DNA of 64,000 nt from Octopus sinensis (GCF_006345805.1 NC_043009.1:59148001-59212000), one strand, 5' to 3'; positions 25,545 to 39,165 are shown, counted from the stretch's first letter. The notes: generated from the sequence alone by a model not told the origin. Made by a program: numbers and translations.

Positions 25545-25640
25545 TGCAGCAGCAGCAGCAGCAGCAGCAGTATTTTCTTTACCTGCAATGAAAAACATGA
25601 ATATATTATTTTATATGACAACAACAACAACAACAAAAAA
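25150..25640. repeat. Compound trinucleotide array (CAT/ATT/TAG/CAG)n
   Basis: Visible directly. Confidence 0.95.
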
Positions 25641-26419
25641 AGAAGAAACGAAATAAAAACAGAGTTAACAAACACAACATAACAGTCAGTGAAAAAAAAA
25701 TAAAACAAAATAAAAAAAAAAAAGAATAATATAGCCCCATAGTGCTTAAATGTAAAACAATCCCTTAATAGAAGGAGGAAGAGCAGGGGGGAGGAGGAGG
25801 AGGAGGAGGGGGATAAGTAGGTCTAAAAATTAAGGGTCATATGAGGTGAGGGACTGCGTCTAACTTTAGAAAGCTGCTGTGATAGAAATGCCATATTTGT
25901 AATTTAGGGAGTTTTCACATAACACTCACTCCCTCTCTCTCTCTCTTTCTCGCTCTCTCTCTCGCCCTCTATCTCTCTCTATCACTCACTCGCTCTATTT
26001 CTCTCTCTTTCTCTCTCTCTCCCTTTCCTTCTCTTCTCTTCTCATTCATATACGTAGATATTTCTACTTAACACATGTAAGTAGACGTACATGTCTGTGT
26101 ACACACACACACACATGGATAAACAGATAATAATATTTATATTTATACACATGTGTGTGTGCGTGTGTGTGTGTGTGCATGTATGTGTGTGTGTGTATCT
26201 CACTCAAATCTGTAGACATACGTGTGTATGTGTACGCGTTTGAAAATCTATGACTAACATACTCAAAGTGTTTTATACAAATTTGCCTGTGTAGTGAACT
26301 TGTATGTGTATGTATGTGCATAGCGGTGATATACGTAACGCATATATGTATATACACACGCATGTATATCTGTATGCGCTTATATATCGTTAAATATATA
26401 TATTTTGATTAATGAGGGA

Positions 26420-26457
<38 letters not shown>

Positions 26458-26499
26458 CTTATAAGTATATTTATAAGTATATATAATAATAATAAATAG

Positions 26500-26992
26500 T
26501 TATCATGCACATTGTTTTGTCTTGGTATAAAAGATGGGCTACAGCAAATATTCTGCTCAATACCACAGATGTACTTGTCAGTTGTTTGACCTTAACCAGT
26601 TAACCATGGCCTTAGTGGCTAACGATATGTGCATCTCTGACCATGAGCAGAAGTAGTGGGGGAGCATCATAACCATGTGTTGAAAGGAATTCTTAGAGGT
26701 TTGGATAAGTCACCTTTGGAAACATGGGAGTTTTGTTCAACATCCTTAAACAACCCTTATTCAGGGACCTTTTGAGCGGGATGGGCTACTCAACCTGAAG
26801 AAAATTCTAACTGGGCCCCACCTGCAAGGTCATGTGCTGTTTATCTTGATATGAGATCACCATGTCGCGCATATATGGTTGTGATGCATGTGCCTGGTGT
26901 ACCCTTATCAGACGGGTAGTCATGATGGGTATATTGGGCTTCGTATATTTTACCCCAGTGTCACTTTGAAGGCATGCACTGCTCTCTCACTC
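26500..26992 (+). mobile_element. Unclassified ~490-bp interspersed repeat flanked by (TAA)n
   Basis: Preceded by ATAATAATAATAAATA and ends GCATGCACTGCTCTCTCACTC directly before a ~105-bp (AAT)n tract. I recall this end as an abundant octopus repeat; only one copy is in the window. Confidence 0.45.
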
Positions 26993-27001
26993 AACAACAA
27001 C

Positions 27002-27101
<100 letters not shown>

Positions 27102-27102
27102 T

Positions 27103-27614
27103 TTCTTAAGTAACTAGAAGACGGATTTCGTATTAATCTTTATTTTGTACAATAGTCGTTTCAATCTATCCTGCTACTCTCCCTTATGGGAGGGTTTCCG
27201 TTCAACATGTTGTGTTCCATCCATTTTGTAGTCTGGTTCTCATCAGATACATCCATACATTAAGCTGTGTCTCGCTAAAGATCCTGAGTTTTGGCTGCCA
27301 TATTGTTATATGCCCCTCTGGTTAGGGAATGAAACGTTGCAACATTTTTCAGTCACTATTATCTTTCTATCGAAAGAATTGCAAACATTTGTAAATATAT
27401 TGACAAATAACTGTCGATATAACAACATGACCGTCAAAATTCAGGATCTTTAACGAGATGCCAATTTATGTATAGATGAGATCGGACTGCAAAATAGAAG
27501 CAACAGAACATATTGAACGAAGTCTCACCAATAAGGGACAGAAGTAAGATGAGTCAAACGACCGCTGGACAAAATAAAGATTGATACAAGATTCATCTCC
27601 TGGTTACTTAAGAA
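27103..27614. repeat. Imperfect long inverted repeat (fold-back/MITE-like), ~190-bp arms and ~140-bp spacer
   Basis: 27103-27294 aligns to the reverse complement of 27434-27614 (e.g. TTCTTAAGTAAC, AATCTTTATTTTGT, CCCTTAT, GTTCAA.ATGTT, AAAGATCCTGA.TTTTG). Confidence 0.75.
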
Positions 27615-27771
27615 GTTCTTATTATTATCTCAACACTGAGGACGTCCTGAAGAAGAGTCTAACGGAAGTATATCCTGATTGCGTACAATACCAGAAAGCC
27701 CGAACTGTGCCAGGGCTCTTCTCAACACTTCAACACACAAATCAACATATTAGTCCAAGATATTATATATA

Positions 27772-27825
<54 letters not shown>

Positions 27826-27970
27826 TATGCGTGTGTGAATGTGTATATGTGAGTACATATATGTATATAAATCCTTTTATTTGTTTCAGTTATTTCACTG
27901 CGGCCATGCTGGATCACCACCTTTAATATATTGATAAATGTATATATGTATGTATGTGTATGTATATATA

Positions 27971-28025
<55 letters not shown>

Positions 28026-28479
28026 ATATATATAATATATATATATGTGTGTGTTGTGTGTGTGTGCGTGCGTGTGTGTATGTATGTAATATGTATATAT
28101 GTATTACATTGTCCTCTTTGTTCTTCTCTTTTGTCTCTTTTTTCTGTTCACTCCTCTTTCTCCTGTCTTCCTGTTTCTTTATATTCCTCGTTCCGAATAT
28201 CTGTCTACTTCTTCTTATATATGAGTCTCTGCGGACTTGTACGATCGTATGTGTCTACGAGATTGTGTGTGAGTGTGTGAGAGCGTGCGTGTGTGTAAGT
28301 ATATGTTTCTCAAAACTCTTTTCACATGTCATATAGCCTTGGCGAGTGTGTGAAGGTGAGAGTCTGTCTTTGTTAGTGTATTGGTGTTAAGAGATATGTG
28401 CGTAAGTTGTAAAATATTGATTCTATCTCTCGTTTTGTGTTTCTCCCTTACTATCTCTCCCTCCCCCTTCTCTCTCAAT

Positions 28480-28712
28480 CTGTCTATCTATCTTTTTATC
28501 AAACTCTCTAACTATCTCTCTATCTATCTATCTATCTCTATCTTTTTATCTATCTATCTAATCTATCAATCAATCTACCGTTTTATCTATCTATATATCT
28601 ATCTCTCTGTCTATCAATTTATCTATCTATCTTTTTATCTATGTATCTACTTTATCTATCTATCAATCTATCTTTTTCCCTATCTATCCATCCATCCATC
28701 CATCCATCCATC

Positions 28713-28797
<85 letters not shown>

Positions 28798-28800
28798 CTT
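28480..28800. repeat. (TATC)n/(CATC)n microsatellite
   Basis: Visible directly. Confidence 0.95.
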
Positions 28801-29209
28801 CTTTTTGATCTGTTTGAAACGTGTTTTCTCCATTCCTATTCTATCGTGTTTGTCCATATATATATGCAGTTATAGTTTAACTGTCGAGATATACCATTAA
28901 GTAAGAATATCTACGCGCGTCTGTGTGTGTCTGTGTGGATGTGTGTGTGCGCATGTGTTTATGAAAGAAACACAGAGAGAAGCAAATGCAGAGTGAGAGA
29001 GGAAGAGAGAGAAAGAGAGAGACAGAGGAACGGAGAGACCGACAGACGGAATGACAATTAAAGTGTGAAATAACTGATATTTTGTTGGGGAGAAATAAAG
29101 AGAGACAGAATTGTTAAACGGTGGAGCAAATCATTATTATAACAGAGTCGTGAGTTCTGTATGATTATATAGTCTGTGGTACAGACTATATACTGCAGCA
29201 TATGATGGA

Positions 29210-29870
29210 GAACAGAGGGAAGGAGGTGATGGTGGAGGAGGAGGAAGATGAGGGATAGGAAGAGGTAAAATAATGAGGTGGAGAATATGGGACAGGGGAG
29301 TAGGGGAAAGAGGAAAGTGATAAGGAAAATAAGAAGAGGGGGAGGACGAGGGGGAGAGATAGGAGGAGAGGGAGGAAAGAGGACTGAGTGGGGAAGGGAG
29401 GCAGAGTAGATAATGGAAACAGAAGAAAGGGAGGGGAGGCAGTGAAGAAGAGGAAAATGACGAAGAAGTAGGAGATGGAAGAGGATGTGGAAGATGAGCA
29501 GGAAGATGGGGTAAAAGGATGAGGAAGAGAATCTGGAGCTGGGCAGAAAGGGAAGGAGCAGAAAGAAAAGAACAGAAGAAGAAGAAGAAGAAGAAGAAGA
29601 AGAAGAAGAAGAAGAAGAAGAAGAAGAAGAAGAGAAGAAGAAGAAGAAGAAGTAGAGGAGAAGTAGAAGAAGAAGAAGTAGTAGTAGTAGTAGATGAAAT
29701 ATGAGGAGGACGGCAGGTGGTCTCAGTAGAGAAAGTAGGAGATGTGGAGGAGGGAAGATGGTCCCAACAGAGTGGAGGAGAATGGAGGTAGAAGGGGAAG
29801 AAGCAGTGAAGAAGAAAACGACGAAGAATTAGGAGACGGATGAGGATGTGGATGAAGAAATGGGTAAATA
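29210..29870. repeat. Polypurine low-complexity tract including (AAG)n
   Basis: Almost entirely A/G on the + strand. Confidence 0.9.
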
Positions 29871-30532
29871 TAAACTACAAAAAAAACTAAAAACAATAAA
29901 CATGAAGAAATGATCAAATGAAAACATTACTGAATGTAGACCTGAGACCCAAAACATAAACATGAAAATTTATATTTCATATTTATCTCTCAACTCCCCT
30001 AGTATCAACGAATTTATATTTTGAATCTCATAAAGAAATAACCGTCTTCCGACTGAGGAGATGCATTGTCACCGAAACATCAAGTGTTTTCCCCAGTAAA
30101 TGCTTTATATTTACGTTTTGTATTGTTCTAACGTCAATGCTTCCAGTTTGTTTATCTTCTCTCTGGTTATATATAACTCTTAAACGAATTCAGATTATAT
30201 TATCTTAGGTCTTATGCGTATATTACTGGAAAGATATGACATTTTTACACTTTTACTTTCACATGATTTTTTTATCATAAGAGAGAATCTTTTCCCCCGA
30301 TAACTGCAGTGAATTTGCTTTTAGCATTTGAAATATATCATAAACATATTATCCCTAACCTGAAGTTGGTTTATGCCTAAACACTGCTTGTTGTTGACAT
30401 TACTCTAATTTTCACGACCTTGACGGTGTACTGTCGCAAATCAGTCAATGTTATTGACTCTATTTTAATTAAAGACACTGCTTGATTAGGTCTCTCTTCA
30501 GAAGACCAGCCTCGTGTATCCTGGAGCTCCTA

Positions 30533-31303
30533 CCCACGAATTTTGAGCGAAGAATTGCGAAGGAAAGGAGTGGCAGCAAAATTTGTGCCGTGAACTAAAA
30601 GAACAGTTGGAAGTTGATCCGGATCTTTATTCAAAGCTCATCACAGCTGATGAAAGGTGGTGGTAGGGCGGCGACCCGGAAACGAAGCAGCAATCGAGTC
30701 AATGGAAACATGCAATGTCACCATGGCCCTAAAAAAGCGCTTCAGGTGAAGTCCAATGTCAAGAAGATGCTGATTTGTTTCATCGATTCGAAAGCAGTTG
30801 TCCATTCAGTATTTCTTCGTCTTGGTCAAACTGTTAACCAGACATTTTACTTGGCAGTTCTGAAGCATTTGCGAGATGCTGTGGGGCGAAAACGCCCCGA
30901 CCTCTAGCAAAGTGGAGAGTGGTGATTTCATCACGACAATTCGCCTGCGTACACCGCCTTAAGTGTGAGACAGTTTTCGACTAAAAATGGCCCGACCCTA
31001 CTAACTTTCCCTCGCTATTCACTCGATTTTTCTACCTGCGAGTCTTTTTTCCCTCCGTAATGAAAAAGACCTTACAGGGAAAACGTTTCGTGAATATGGA
31101 AGAGGTGAAGGAAAAAGCGACGGAGGCATTAAAAGGCATCACTTCGCAAGAGTTCTAGGAATGCTTTGAATAGTGGAAAACGCGTCTGTACCGATACAGT
31201 GCTTCAAATGCAAAATACTTTGAAGGCGATAATAATGTAAATATGTAAAACTAAGTGAATGAAATAATATTGCAAAATTCCGGTTTCTCTTGGGTGCCCA
31301 GCG
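30533..31303 (+). mobile_element. 5'-truncated defective mariner transposon (second family)
   Basis: Translates RILSEEL...AAKFVP...ITADERW..DPETKQQSSQWK...KKMLICFIDSKAVVH...HHDNSPAYTALSVRQF...YSLDFSTCE...KYFEGD. Right TIR-like AAAATTCCGGTTTCTCTTGGGTGCCCAGCG followed by TA. Confidence 0.9.
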
Positions 31304-33274
31304 TATATGTATTTTTACTTATAAATCTATCCGTGCGTGTATATGTGTGTTCGAGTCTGTGTTCATGTACATACATACATACATACATACATACATACAT
31401 ACATACATACATACATACATACATAATACATACATACATACATACATACATACATACATGCATACATATATCTATATATATATATTGTTTCGGGTGCTTG
31501 GATATAAACTGGGCCATCCTAATTACTGCGAGGTCGCATACCACGTTTCTGAAATGGAGCGAGGCGAATCTCCAACTTTTCGTACAAGAGAAAGAATGCG
31601 AGACAAGTGGCATGTTGCTCTTTAGTTTAAATGGTAACGGACTGATTGAGAGACAGGGCGACAATCATATACTTATGAACAGAATGATAACCAGCTAAAT
31701 TCACAAGTTTTTTTCTATCTTAGCCTTAAAGTCACGCTTGATACTAGGTTTCGTCTCATTATATTGTATATATGAGTCGAATCCCTATGCTACTTGTAGC
31801 AAAATATAATTTTAGTCTCACCTTTGAAGACAATGAAAACAGAATGATTGAGAAAGTTTTGGTAGATGCAGCGTATATGATTTCCGGTTTAGTGACGTAG
31901 CCGGCAATTTTGAGGATTTGGGATTAGTCAATTATATCCATGTCTGTTTTTGACTTCTGCTTCATTTTACCGATGCTGGAGGAATGGATGGTTATGTTAT
32001 CCTCAATAAGATTTGAACAAAAAAGAAAAACGAGGCTCGGGTTTATATACTACAAGGTTTACCGCCTTACTTATTGTATATAATGGAGCCAATGAAGAGG
32101 CACGAATTTAGAAAGAAATTAACGAACGGCCCAACTGATGTGTAAAAAAATAATTGAAGAAACGAAGAAAGGACAGTATATAAAGAATAATTAAATAAAT
32201 GAATAAACGAACAATAGAATATAGGAATAAAGTAAAATAATGAATATTCATATTTACATCGAGTGGATAAATAAAATAAACTTACGGACAAATATATAAA
32301 AGAAGAAACGAGAGAATAAGTGAGCGAACGAATATATAACCAAACAAACAAGAGAGAATGTGAACTAGCGAATGATAGAATAAATAAGCTAAGGGAAGAA
32401 TAAATAAATATATAAACAAGTGAGGCGGTTAGCAAACGAATGAGACTATAAAGGACTGTAAGAGAAGAAACTTGTAAACAATTGAATGAATTTGCACATA
32501 AATGAAGGAATACACACACACTCACATATAGAAACAAACGAATGTAAGAATACAAGAAGAAATGCGTATATAAACGAATATTCGTTTAAGCGAATGAACA
32601 AACGGTCGTGTTAAGGAATAAACATATAAATAAAAGAACGACATGAATAACTAATAATCTACTGAGGCAATGAGAGAAAAAGGCGGCGGAGAGTGGGGTG
32701 GGATGGGTAGGGTGGGGGTAAAATGTGTACTAGACCCTATTCCGAACACTAAAGAAAAAAGGGAAATAAACAAATAGATAAACAAATAAATAAGAGGGGC
32801 TCGCCTTTAGATGTAAATGGAAGGGAAGATCGACCTTTATGAAGGGCAGCTATGCGGGTTCCCGTGATATTTGCAAAGGACCTAAACATACGAACATCAA
32901 AAGAGCAATTTATTACCACAAGAATTTGCAACAAAATGGCGACTACTTCACCTATAATTAACAATTTCACCATATTCGACGTCGATTTTATGTGTGTTTT
33001 TTTTTCTATTTTTTGCTCTTGTCTTATTTGTATTCTTGTATGTAGATCTTTTTTTTGTTATTTTTGTTCGTATTATTGTTGTTGTTGTTGTTGCCGTTGT
33101 ATTTCTCGTCTTGTTTAACCCCATTAGTTAAGCTATATTTTTTTGTTTTGTTTCTACTTTTATTCTTATACGTCATTTGGTTTGTATTTGTTTTGTATGT
33201 ATTCAGATGTTTCATAAAAAGATTTGTTTTTGTAAATTTACGTATTTATTATTTGTTCTTTCTTCTTCAGTTCT

Positions 33275-33339
33275 TGCTGTAATTATTACTATTATTATTA
33301 TTATTGTTATTGTCATTATTATTATTATTATTATTATTA

Positions 33340-33379
<40 letters not shown>

Positions 33380-33386
33380 GTTAGTA

Positions 33387-33423
<37 letters not shown>

Positions 33424-33545
33424 CATTATTATTATCATCATTATTATTATTATTATCATTATTATTATTATCATTATTATTATTATTATTATTATCATCA
33501 TTATTATTATTATTATCATTATTATTATTATATTATTATCATCAT
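33275..33545. repeat. (ATT)n/(ATC)n microsatellite
   Basis: Visible directly. Confidence 0.95.
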
Positions 33546-34548
33546 ATATTTGCCCGTTTGTATTTCCGTTCTCAGCAATTTGATTCAGATGAAAATGTTT
33601 TCCTTACGCTAGTCATTGCTTCATATATGTTTCTTTTTAGATGTTTTGTGACTTGTTATTTATATATATTATATTTTTCTTCTATTTATACTTCATTCAC
33701 TCTCTCCCTCTTCCTCTCTCTCTCTCTCATTCTCTCTCCCTTTCACCACCACCCTCTCTCTTGCGCTCTCACTGCTCTCCTCTTTATTTTTCTCTGTTGA
33801 TATGCCTGTAATCTTTTTCTTTATGTTTCTTCCCATCTTTCTATATATGATATTTTTCTCCTTCATTTTCTTCAGGTTTCTTTCCCGTCATCTTACGAAT
33901 GTTCATCTATCTGTCACAACTTCTTTCCATCTGCATATCTGCCTCTCACTTTCTCTATCTCTCTCTCTCGCTCTTTCTCTCTCTTTCTCCCACTGTATGC
34001 ATATATATGCGTATGTGTGTGGGTGTACTGATATAAATATATATATATATATATGTATATATATGTATATATATGTGTGTGTGTATGTATGTATGTGTGT
34101 ATGTATATGCACATATATATATGTGTGTGTGTGCGTGTGTGTCTGTGTGTCTGTGTGTCTGTGTGTGTATACATCGACACGCATGTATTTATTTATTGTC
34201 ACGCAAACTCTAATATCAGTCTCCTGTACTTCCTTCCGTTCTGTCTAACTCTTCCTCACACACACACACAAACAAACAACACACATACACTCACAAATAT
34301 ACATATATAAACCTGTTGTGCTAGTGTGTGTATGTATACATATATATATAAATCCTAGCATACCCGTGTCGTCAAAAATGCCGACAGTTTTATTGTTTTA
34401 TTAATGATGGAAAAGTGAGCATGAAAACTATCGGAAAAGCCGTTGATAAATCTTAATAGTCCGGTAAATATAGGCATTTCAAAAGAACGAAGCTTTTGAA
34501 CAATCAGTTACAGTTGTAAAGTCTCGATTGAAAGTATTATCGCCCTCG

Positions 34549-34586
<38 letters not shown>

Positions 34587-34620
34587 TATATATATTATAT
34601 ATATATATATATACAAATAT

Positions 34621-34859
34621 ACAATACAAAATGGGACAAGAACGCAAAACATCTGGACAACCAAGCGATACAAAAAGAGACAACAAAACATCCAGATAAA
34701 CAGATAGACGATACATAAAAAAAAACAAGGACGGGTCATTCAAGCTTTCTATCCTCAGTCAAGACCCGGATCATCCTCGCAATTTCGGCTGATTAATCTT
34801 GATTGCTCCAATCTGGCCAGCCCCATGGAAAAACTAACCTAAGAGTATTAGATGCTTTG
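34621..34859. repeat. Unclassified interspersed repeat E, copy 1
   Basis: Aligns with 38771-38985 (AAAATGG.ACAAGA, AACAAGGACGGGTCA, TTCTATCCTCAGTC, TGCTCCAATCTGGCCAGCCCCA). Confidence 0.7.
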
Positions 34860-35020
34860 ATATATATATATGTGTGTGTGTGTGTGTGTATGTACGTATG
34901 TATGTATGTATGTATGTATGTATGTATGTATGTATGTTTGTATCTGTGTGCATGTTATATATATATAAATATATATACATGTATATTATATATATATATA
35001 TATATATACCTAAATATTAT

Positions 35021-35053
<33 letters not shown>

Positions 35054-35807
35054 TTATATGGGTCGAAACAATTACAGAAATCAATGAAGATTCACGTATT
35101 TCTATTATCCCTTTCTCTCATTAATGAAACATACGTGCACGCACACGTGTGCATGTCTGTGCGTGCGCGCGTGAAATGTCACGTATTCTACGCTCGCATA
35201 GATGAGACAAGTTTTGTTCGGCCGGATGTTCTTCCAGTCGCCGATCCTCAGCTGTTTTTAAATAAGGTAATATTCCACCATATCCGGACATGTTTTTGTG
35301 GAAGACTGGAAACAATGAACATGACTTGCCTGTTAGTGACCATCGCTTACGAGTATCGGACGATCTCAAGGAAACAGGCAGTAAAAGAAACACACACACA
35401 GCTCTTGAATCAATGCTCACCTGTCCTTTCTTAGTTCCATTCCAGGCAGCTACCACGAAGTGAATCTAATCCCAAAACAACATCCTATCCCTTCTGGAAT
35501 CCCTATGCAACTCCAGCGCCATGCGTCATGCGCATACATATTCATATACATTGTCTATTTCTTTATATATGTAACGATCGTGATTTCAATTCCTAGACTG
35601 GGTGGTGAATTATTTTCTTGAGCAAAACACTTCATCTCACGTTATTTTGTGATCCTTTCAGCACCTGACGCGCGTCACACTTTGCACCTGTTCAGACAAC
35701 GCCGATTTGATGGAGAGAGTGAGGTAATGTGCGGCACATAAATTTCGTCACTACACACAAATCATTTGTACAGGTCGTTCGGCAAAAAATGCTGAACAGT
35801 AATGCCC

Positions 35808-35888
35808 GCAGGCATATGGCTTAGTGGTTAAAAGCGCGGGCTACTAACCCCAAGATTCCGAGTTCGATTCCAGGCAGTGACCTGAATA
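35808..35888 (+). mobile_element. tRNA-derived head of the HHR-SINE; its body lies at 37648-37800
   Basis: A box TGGCTTAGTGG (35817-35827), B box GTTCGATTCC (35862-35871), then GTGACCTGAATAATAAT; same head as 54740-54810 (-). Confidence 0.85.
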
Positions 35889-35921
35889 ATAATGATGATG
35901 GTTATGATGATGATGATGATG

Positions 35922-35952
<31 letters not shown>

Positions 35953-35954
<2 letters not shown>

Positions 35955-36199
35955 TTAACAATAATAAGATAATAAAGATAAAAAAGGAAAGCCGTTGGAA
36001 AACCGATTATAGTAGCGACTCCATCTAAGAATTTCTGAAGAAGGAATATTATTCCGAAATATCATATCAGACTTTGGATGACTAAATTACAACAGGTATA
36101 TAACCCATTGTTTGTATTATAGTGCATTGTTGTACCATTCAAAACATTTTATTCTTTATAAACAACACACAATGTTTCAAGCGAACTACAATACTCTCC

Positions 36200-36202
<3 letters not shown>
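35953..36202 (+). repeat. 250-bp (TAA)n-flanked repeat with degenerate HHR-like motif, copy 1
   Basis: Aligns with 37168-37418; contains CTGAAGA-A-GGAAT-ATT-ATTCC-GAAA-TATC at 36035-36063. Confidence 0.75.
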
Positions 36203-36239
<37 letters not shown>

Positions 36240-36275
36240 TAATAATAATATAATAATAATAAAATAATAATAATA

Positions 36276-36620
36276 GTGGCATCTCAAGGCGGTTACAATA
36301 CCAGTGATCGTAGGAGCACTAGGAATGATCAAGAAGGGAACCGAAAATTATATGAGAATGATCCCTGGCTTACCATCCCTGCAAGAAGTGCAAAAGACTG
36401 TCTTAACTGGTACATCACACGTATTGAGAAGAGCATTGTCGATGTGAGAACTGTTGCTGCTCATGTATTTTAATTTAACTTAAAAAAAAAAAAAAAAAAT
36501 TAACGAACTACTGAGTTTGGCTTAATGGCCTACCAATGTATACTATGAGTTTCTTTGCCCTAGGAGTCGGGAAGACACTCGGCAAGAAATGGAAGCAAAT
36601 TTGAAAGAAGAAAAAAAAAA
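36276..36620 (+). mobile_element. R4/Dong-like non-LTR retrotransposon 3' end (RLE C-terminus plus 3' UTR), subfamily 1
   Basis: Frame from 36277: WHLKAVTIPVIVGALGMIKKGTENYMRMIPGLPSLQEVQKTVLTGTSHVLRRALSM*; (TAA)n on both sides. Confidence 0.85.
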
Positions 36621-36650
36621 GTAATAATAATAATAATAATGATAATAATA

Positions 36651-37114
36651 AACGAGAAAGCAACCATACTCTGGGATATGCCGATACACACAGATAGAGA
36701 AATTAAGGCCAATAGTTGTCAGAGATCATGAAGAAAAAAAATGCTTTCTAATTGATGTATCAATACCGGCAGATGACAACGTGTCTCTAAAAGAAATGGA
36801 GAAACTCTCAAAATACAAAGACCTGGAAATAGAGGTAACCAGAATGTGGAATTTGAAAACAGAAACAATTCCTATCATAGTAGGTGCATTAGGCATGATA
36901 AAAAAATATTCAGACAAATACATAACAAAAACACTAGGACTTACAAACACATATAACATACAGAAAATTGCACTACTAGGCACTGCACACATCCTACGCA
37001 GAGCACTTTCCATACAATAACCATCAGAGCATCACAACAAATCACAGCACATACCCAAGGCACACAGAGCTGCGCTCGGTAGTGAAGTGAAAGCACGCTA
37101 TAAAAATAAAACTA

Positions 37115-37118
<4 letters not shown>
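36651..37118 (+). mobile_element. R4/Dong-like non-LTR retrotransposon 3' end, subfamily 2
   Basis: NEKATILWDMPIHTDREIKAN, frameshift, then VVRDHEEKKCFLIDVSIPADDNVSLKEMEKLSKYKDLEIEVTRMWNLKTETIPIIVGALG...TAHILRRALSIQ*, a restriction-like endonuclease domain; (TAA)n on both sides. Confidence 0.9.
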
Positions 37119-37160
<42 letters not shown>

Positions 37161-37167
37161 TTGATAA

Positions 37168-37418
37168 TATTAACAATAATAAGATAATAAAGATAAAAAA
37201 GGAAAGCCGTTGGAAAACCGATTGTAGCAGTGACTCCATCTAAGAATAAATAAAGAAGGAATATTATTCCGAAATATCATATCAGACTATGGATGACTAA
37301 ATTACAACAGGTGTTAATAGCCTATTGTGTGTACTATAGTGTATTGTTGTACCATTCAAACTTTTTATTCTTTACAAGCAATAAACAATGCTTCAAGCGA
37401 ACAACAAAACTCTCCTAT
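37168..37418 (+). repeat. 250-bp (TAA)n-flanked repeat, copy 2
   Basis: Aligns with 35953-36202; the HHR-like core is further eroded (AATAAAGAAGGAATATTATTCCGAAATATC). Confidence 0.75.
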
Positions 37419-37647
<229 letters not shown>

Positions 37648-37650
<3 letters not shown>

Positions 37651-37800
37651 TCGAAAAATAACGTGCTAATGAAAAGCCAGGTTCGAAATTTTCCCCAAGA
37701 CACTTGATGAAGGCTAAAGGGTATATCAGTCGAAATGTTGTGTTACTAACAAACAAGATGAAGACAAATATCCGTCAAATGTAAATAATGTAGATAATGA
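37648..37800 (+). mobile_element. Body of the HHR-SINE with mutated hammerhead (37699-37744)
   Basis: GACAC-TTGATGA-A-GGCTA...CAGTC-GAAA-TGTT-GTGTT, then tail AACAAGATGAAGACAAATATCCGTCAAATGTAAATAATG; aligns with the minus-strand copy at 54553-54707. Confidence 0.8.
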
Positions 37801-38262
37801 ATCATACGTTGTCTTCGATGGGAGAGTCCATCCTGTATATAGATATATACGCACAAAGGCACCATAGTTTGCAATGAGATTTGATGAACATAATAAATGG
37901 CTGATAGACACAAAATTAAACTTCTAACATTTATAATTATTTTAGCCACTGCACAAATGCCATGCTGAAGCACCGACTTGAAGGGTTATGGCGCCAGTAA
38001 TACTCTGCTAGGATTTAGACCAACGGAGTATAACCACTATACGGATGGCGTTCAGTGATTATATCTACACGCAAATCGCGTCATCAGTGATTAAGCTGAA
38101 AACGTTTACAAATCACTTTGGGGAGAGATGCAGGTATTAATGTAAGATCGGTAACTAATTAGATATGTAAGCAGGTATAGAGGAACAAACAGTTTGGCGA
38201 ATTTCTAAGACCACTAAACTTGATTCTCCTAATATACATACATACATACATACATACATACA

Positions 38263-38296
<34 letters not shown>

Positions 38297-38341
38297 CATA
38301 TATATAAGTACAAGGCATACAAAGAATAAGTATATATATAT

Positions 38342-38751
38342 ACTCTTTACTCTTTTGCTTGTTTCAGTCATTTGACTGTGGCCATACTGGAGCACCGCCT
38401 TTAGTCGAGCAAATGGACCCCGGGACTCATTGTTTGTAAGCCTAGTACTTATTCTATCGGTCTCTTTTGCCGAACCGCGAAGTTACGGGGACATAAACAC
38501 ACAAGCATCGGTTGTCAAGTGAATTTGGGGGAACAAACACAGACACACAAATATATACAAGCACATACATATATATATACATATATACGACGGGCTTCTT
38601 TCAGTTTCCGTCTACTAAATCCACTCACAAGGCGTTGGTCATCCCGAGGCTATAGTAGAAGACACTTGCCCAAGGTGCCATGCAGTGGGACTGAACCTGG
38701 AACCATGTGGTTAGTAAGCAATCTACTTACCACACAGCCACTCCTGCGCCT
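38342..38751 (-). mobile_element. SINE family B, full-length copy
   Basis: Minus head AGGCGCAGGAGTGGCTGTGTGGTAAG...GGTTCAGTCCC (A/B boxes), then CACCTTGGGCAAGTG (CORE-like motif), a CA/TA tract and an (AAGAGTAA)-type tail. Confidence 0.9.
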
Positions 38752-38770
38752 ATAAAAGAATATGAAAGAG

Positions 38771-38985
38771 TACAAAAAAATGGAACAAGACGCAAAAGGC
38801 GACAACGAAACATCCATACAGTTAGACGATACAAAAACAAAACGAAAAAACAAGGACGGGTCAATCAGAGTTTTCTATCCTCAGTCGTGTTCCAGATCTT
38901 CTAAGCAGTTTCGGATGGTGATGCTAGAGACTGCTCCAATCTGGCCAGCCCCAAGAAAAATCTAGGCTAAGAGCACAAGATTTCC
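38771..38985. repeat. Unclassified interspersed repeat E, copy 2
   Basis: Aligns with 34621-34859. Confidence 0.7.
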
Positions 38986-39165
38986 TAGAAGAAAGCAAGC
39001 GAACGTATACGAATACAACGATGAAAAATACAGAGAAATGGTACACAAATACAAATGAAAGCAACACGACAGTAACAACAGGTGCTAAGGACGAATTAAA
39101 TTAAGCTGGCGTGTGTGGAAGTGAAGCCTTACAGCAGGGACATAACATATGACAGTCATATATAT

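Noticed and set aside
34740-34830. Repeat E minus strand contains CAGCC-GAAA and a later CTGAGGA (type II HHR order)
   Set aside because: The sequence after CTGAGGA cannot pair with the strand before GAAA in either copy, so no HHR fold forms.
35808-35888. tRNA gene
   Set aside because: A/B boxes are present but the acceptor stem is not closed, and it runs into the SINE linker; it is treated as a SINE head. The same applies to the heads of SINE B, C and D.
38070-38100. Minus-strand CTGATGA followed by hairpin ACGC-GATTT-GCGT
   Set aside because: Not followed by GAAA, and the flanks are direct rather than complementary repeats.
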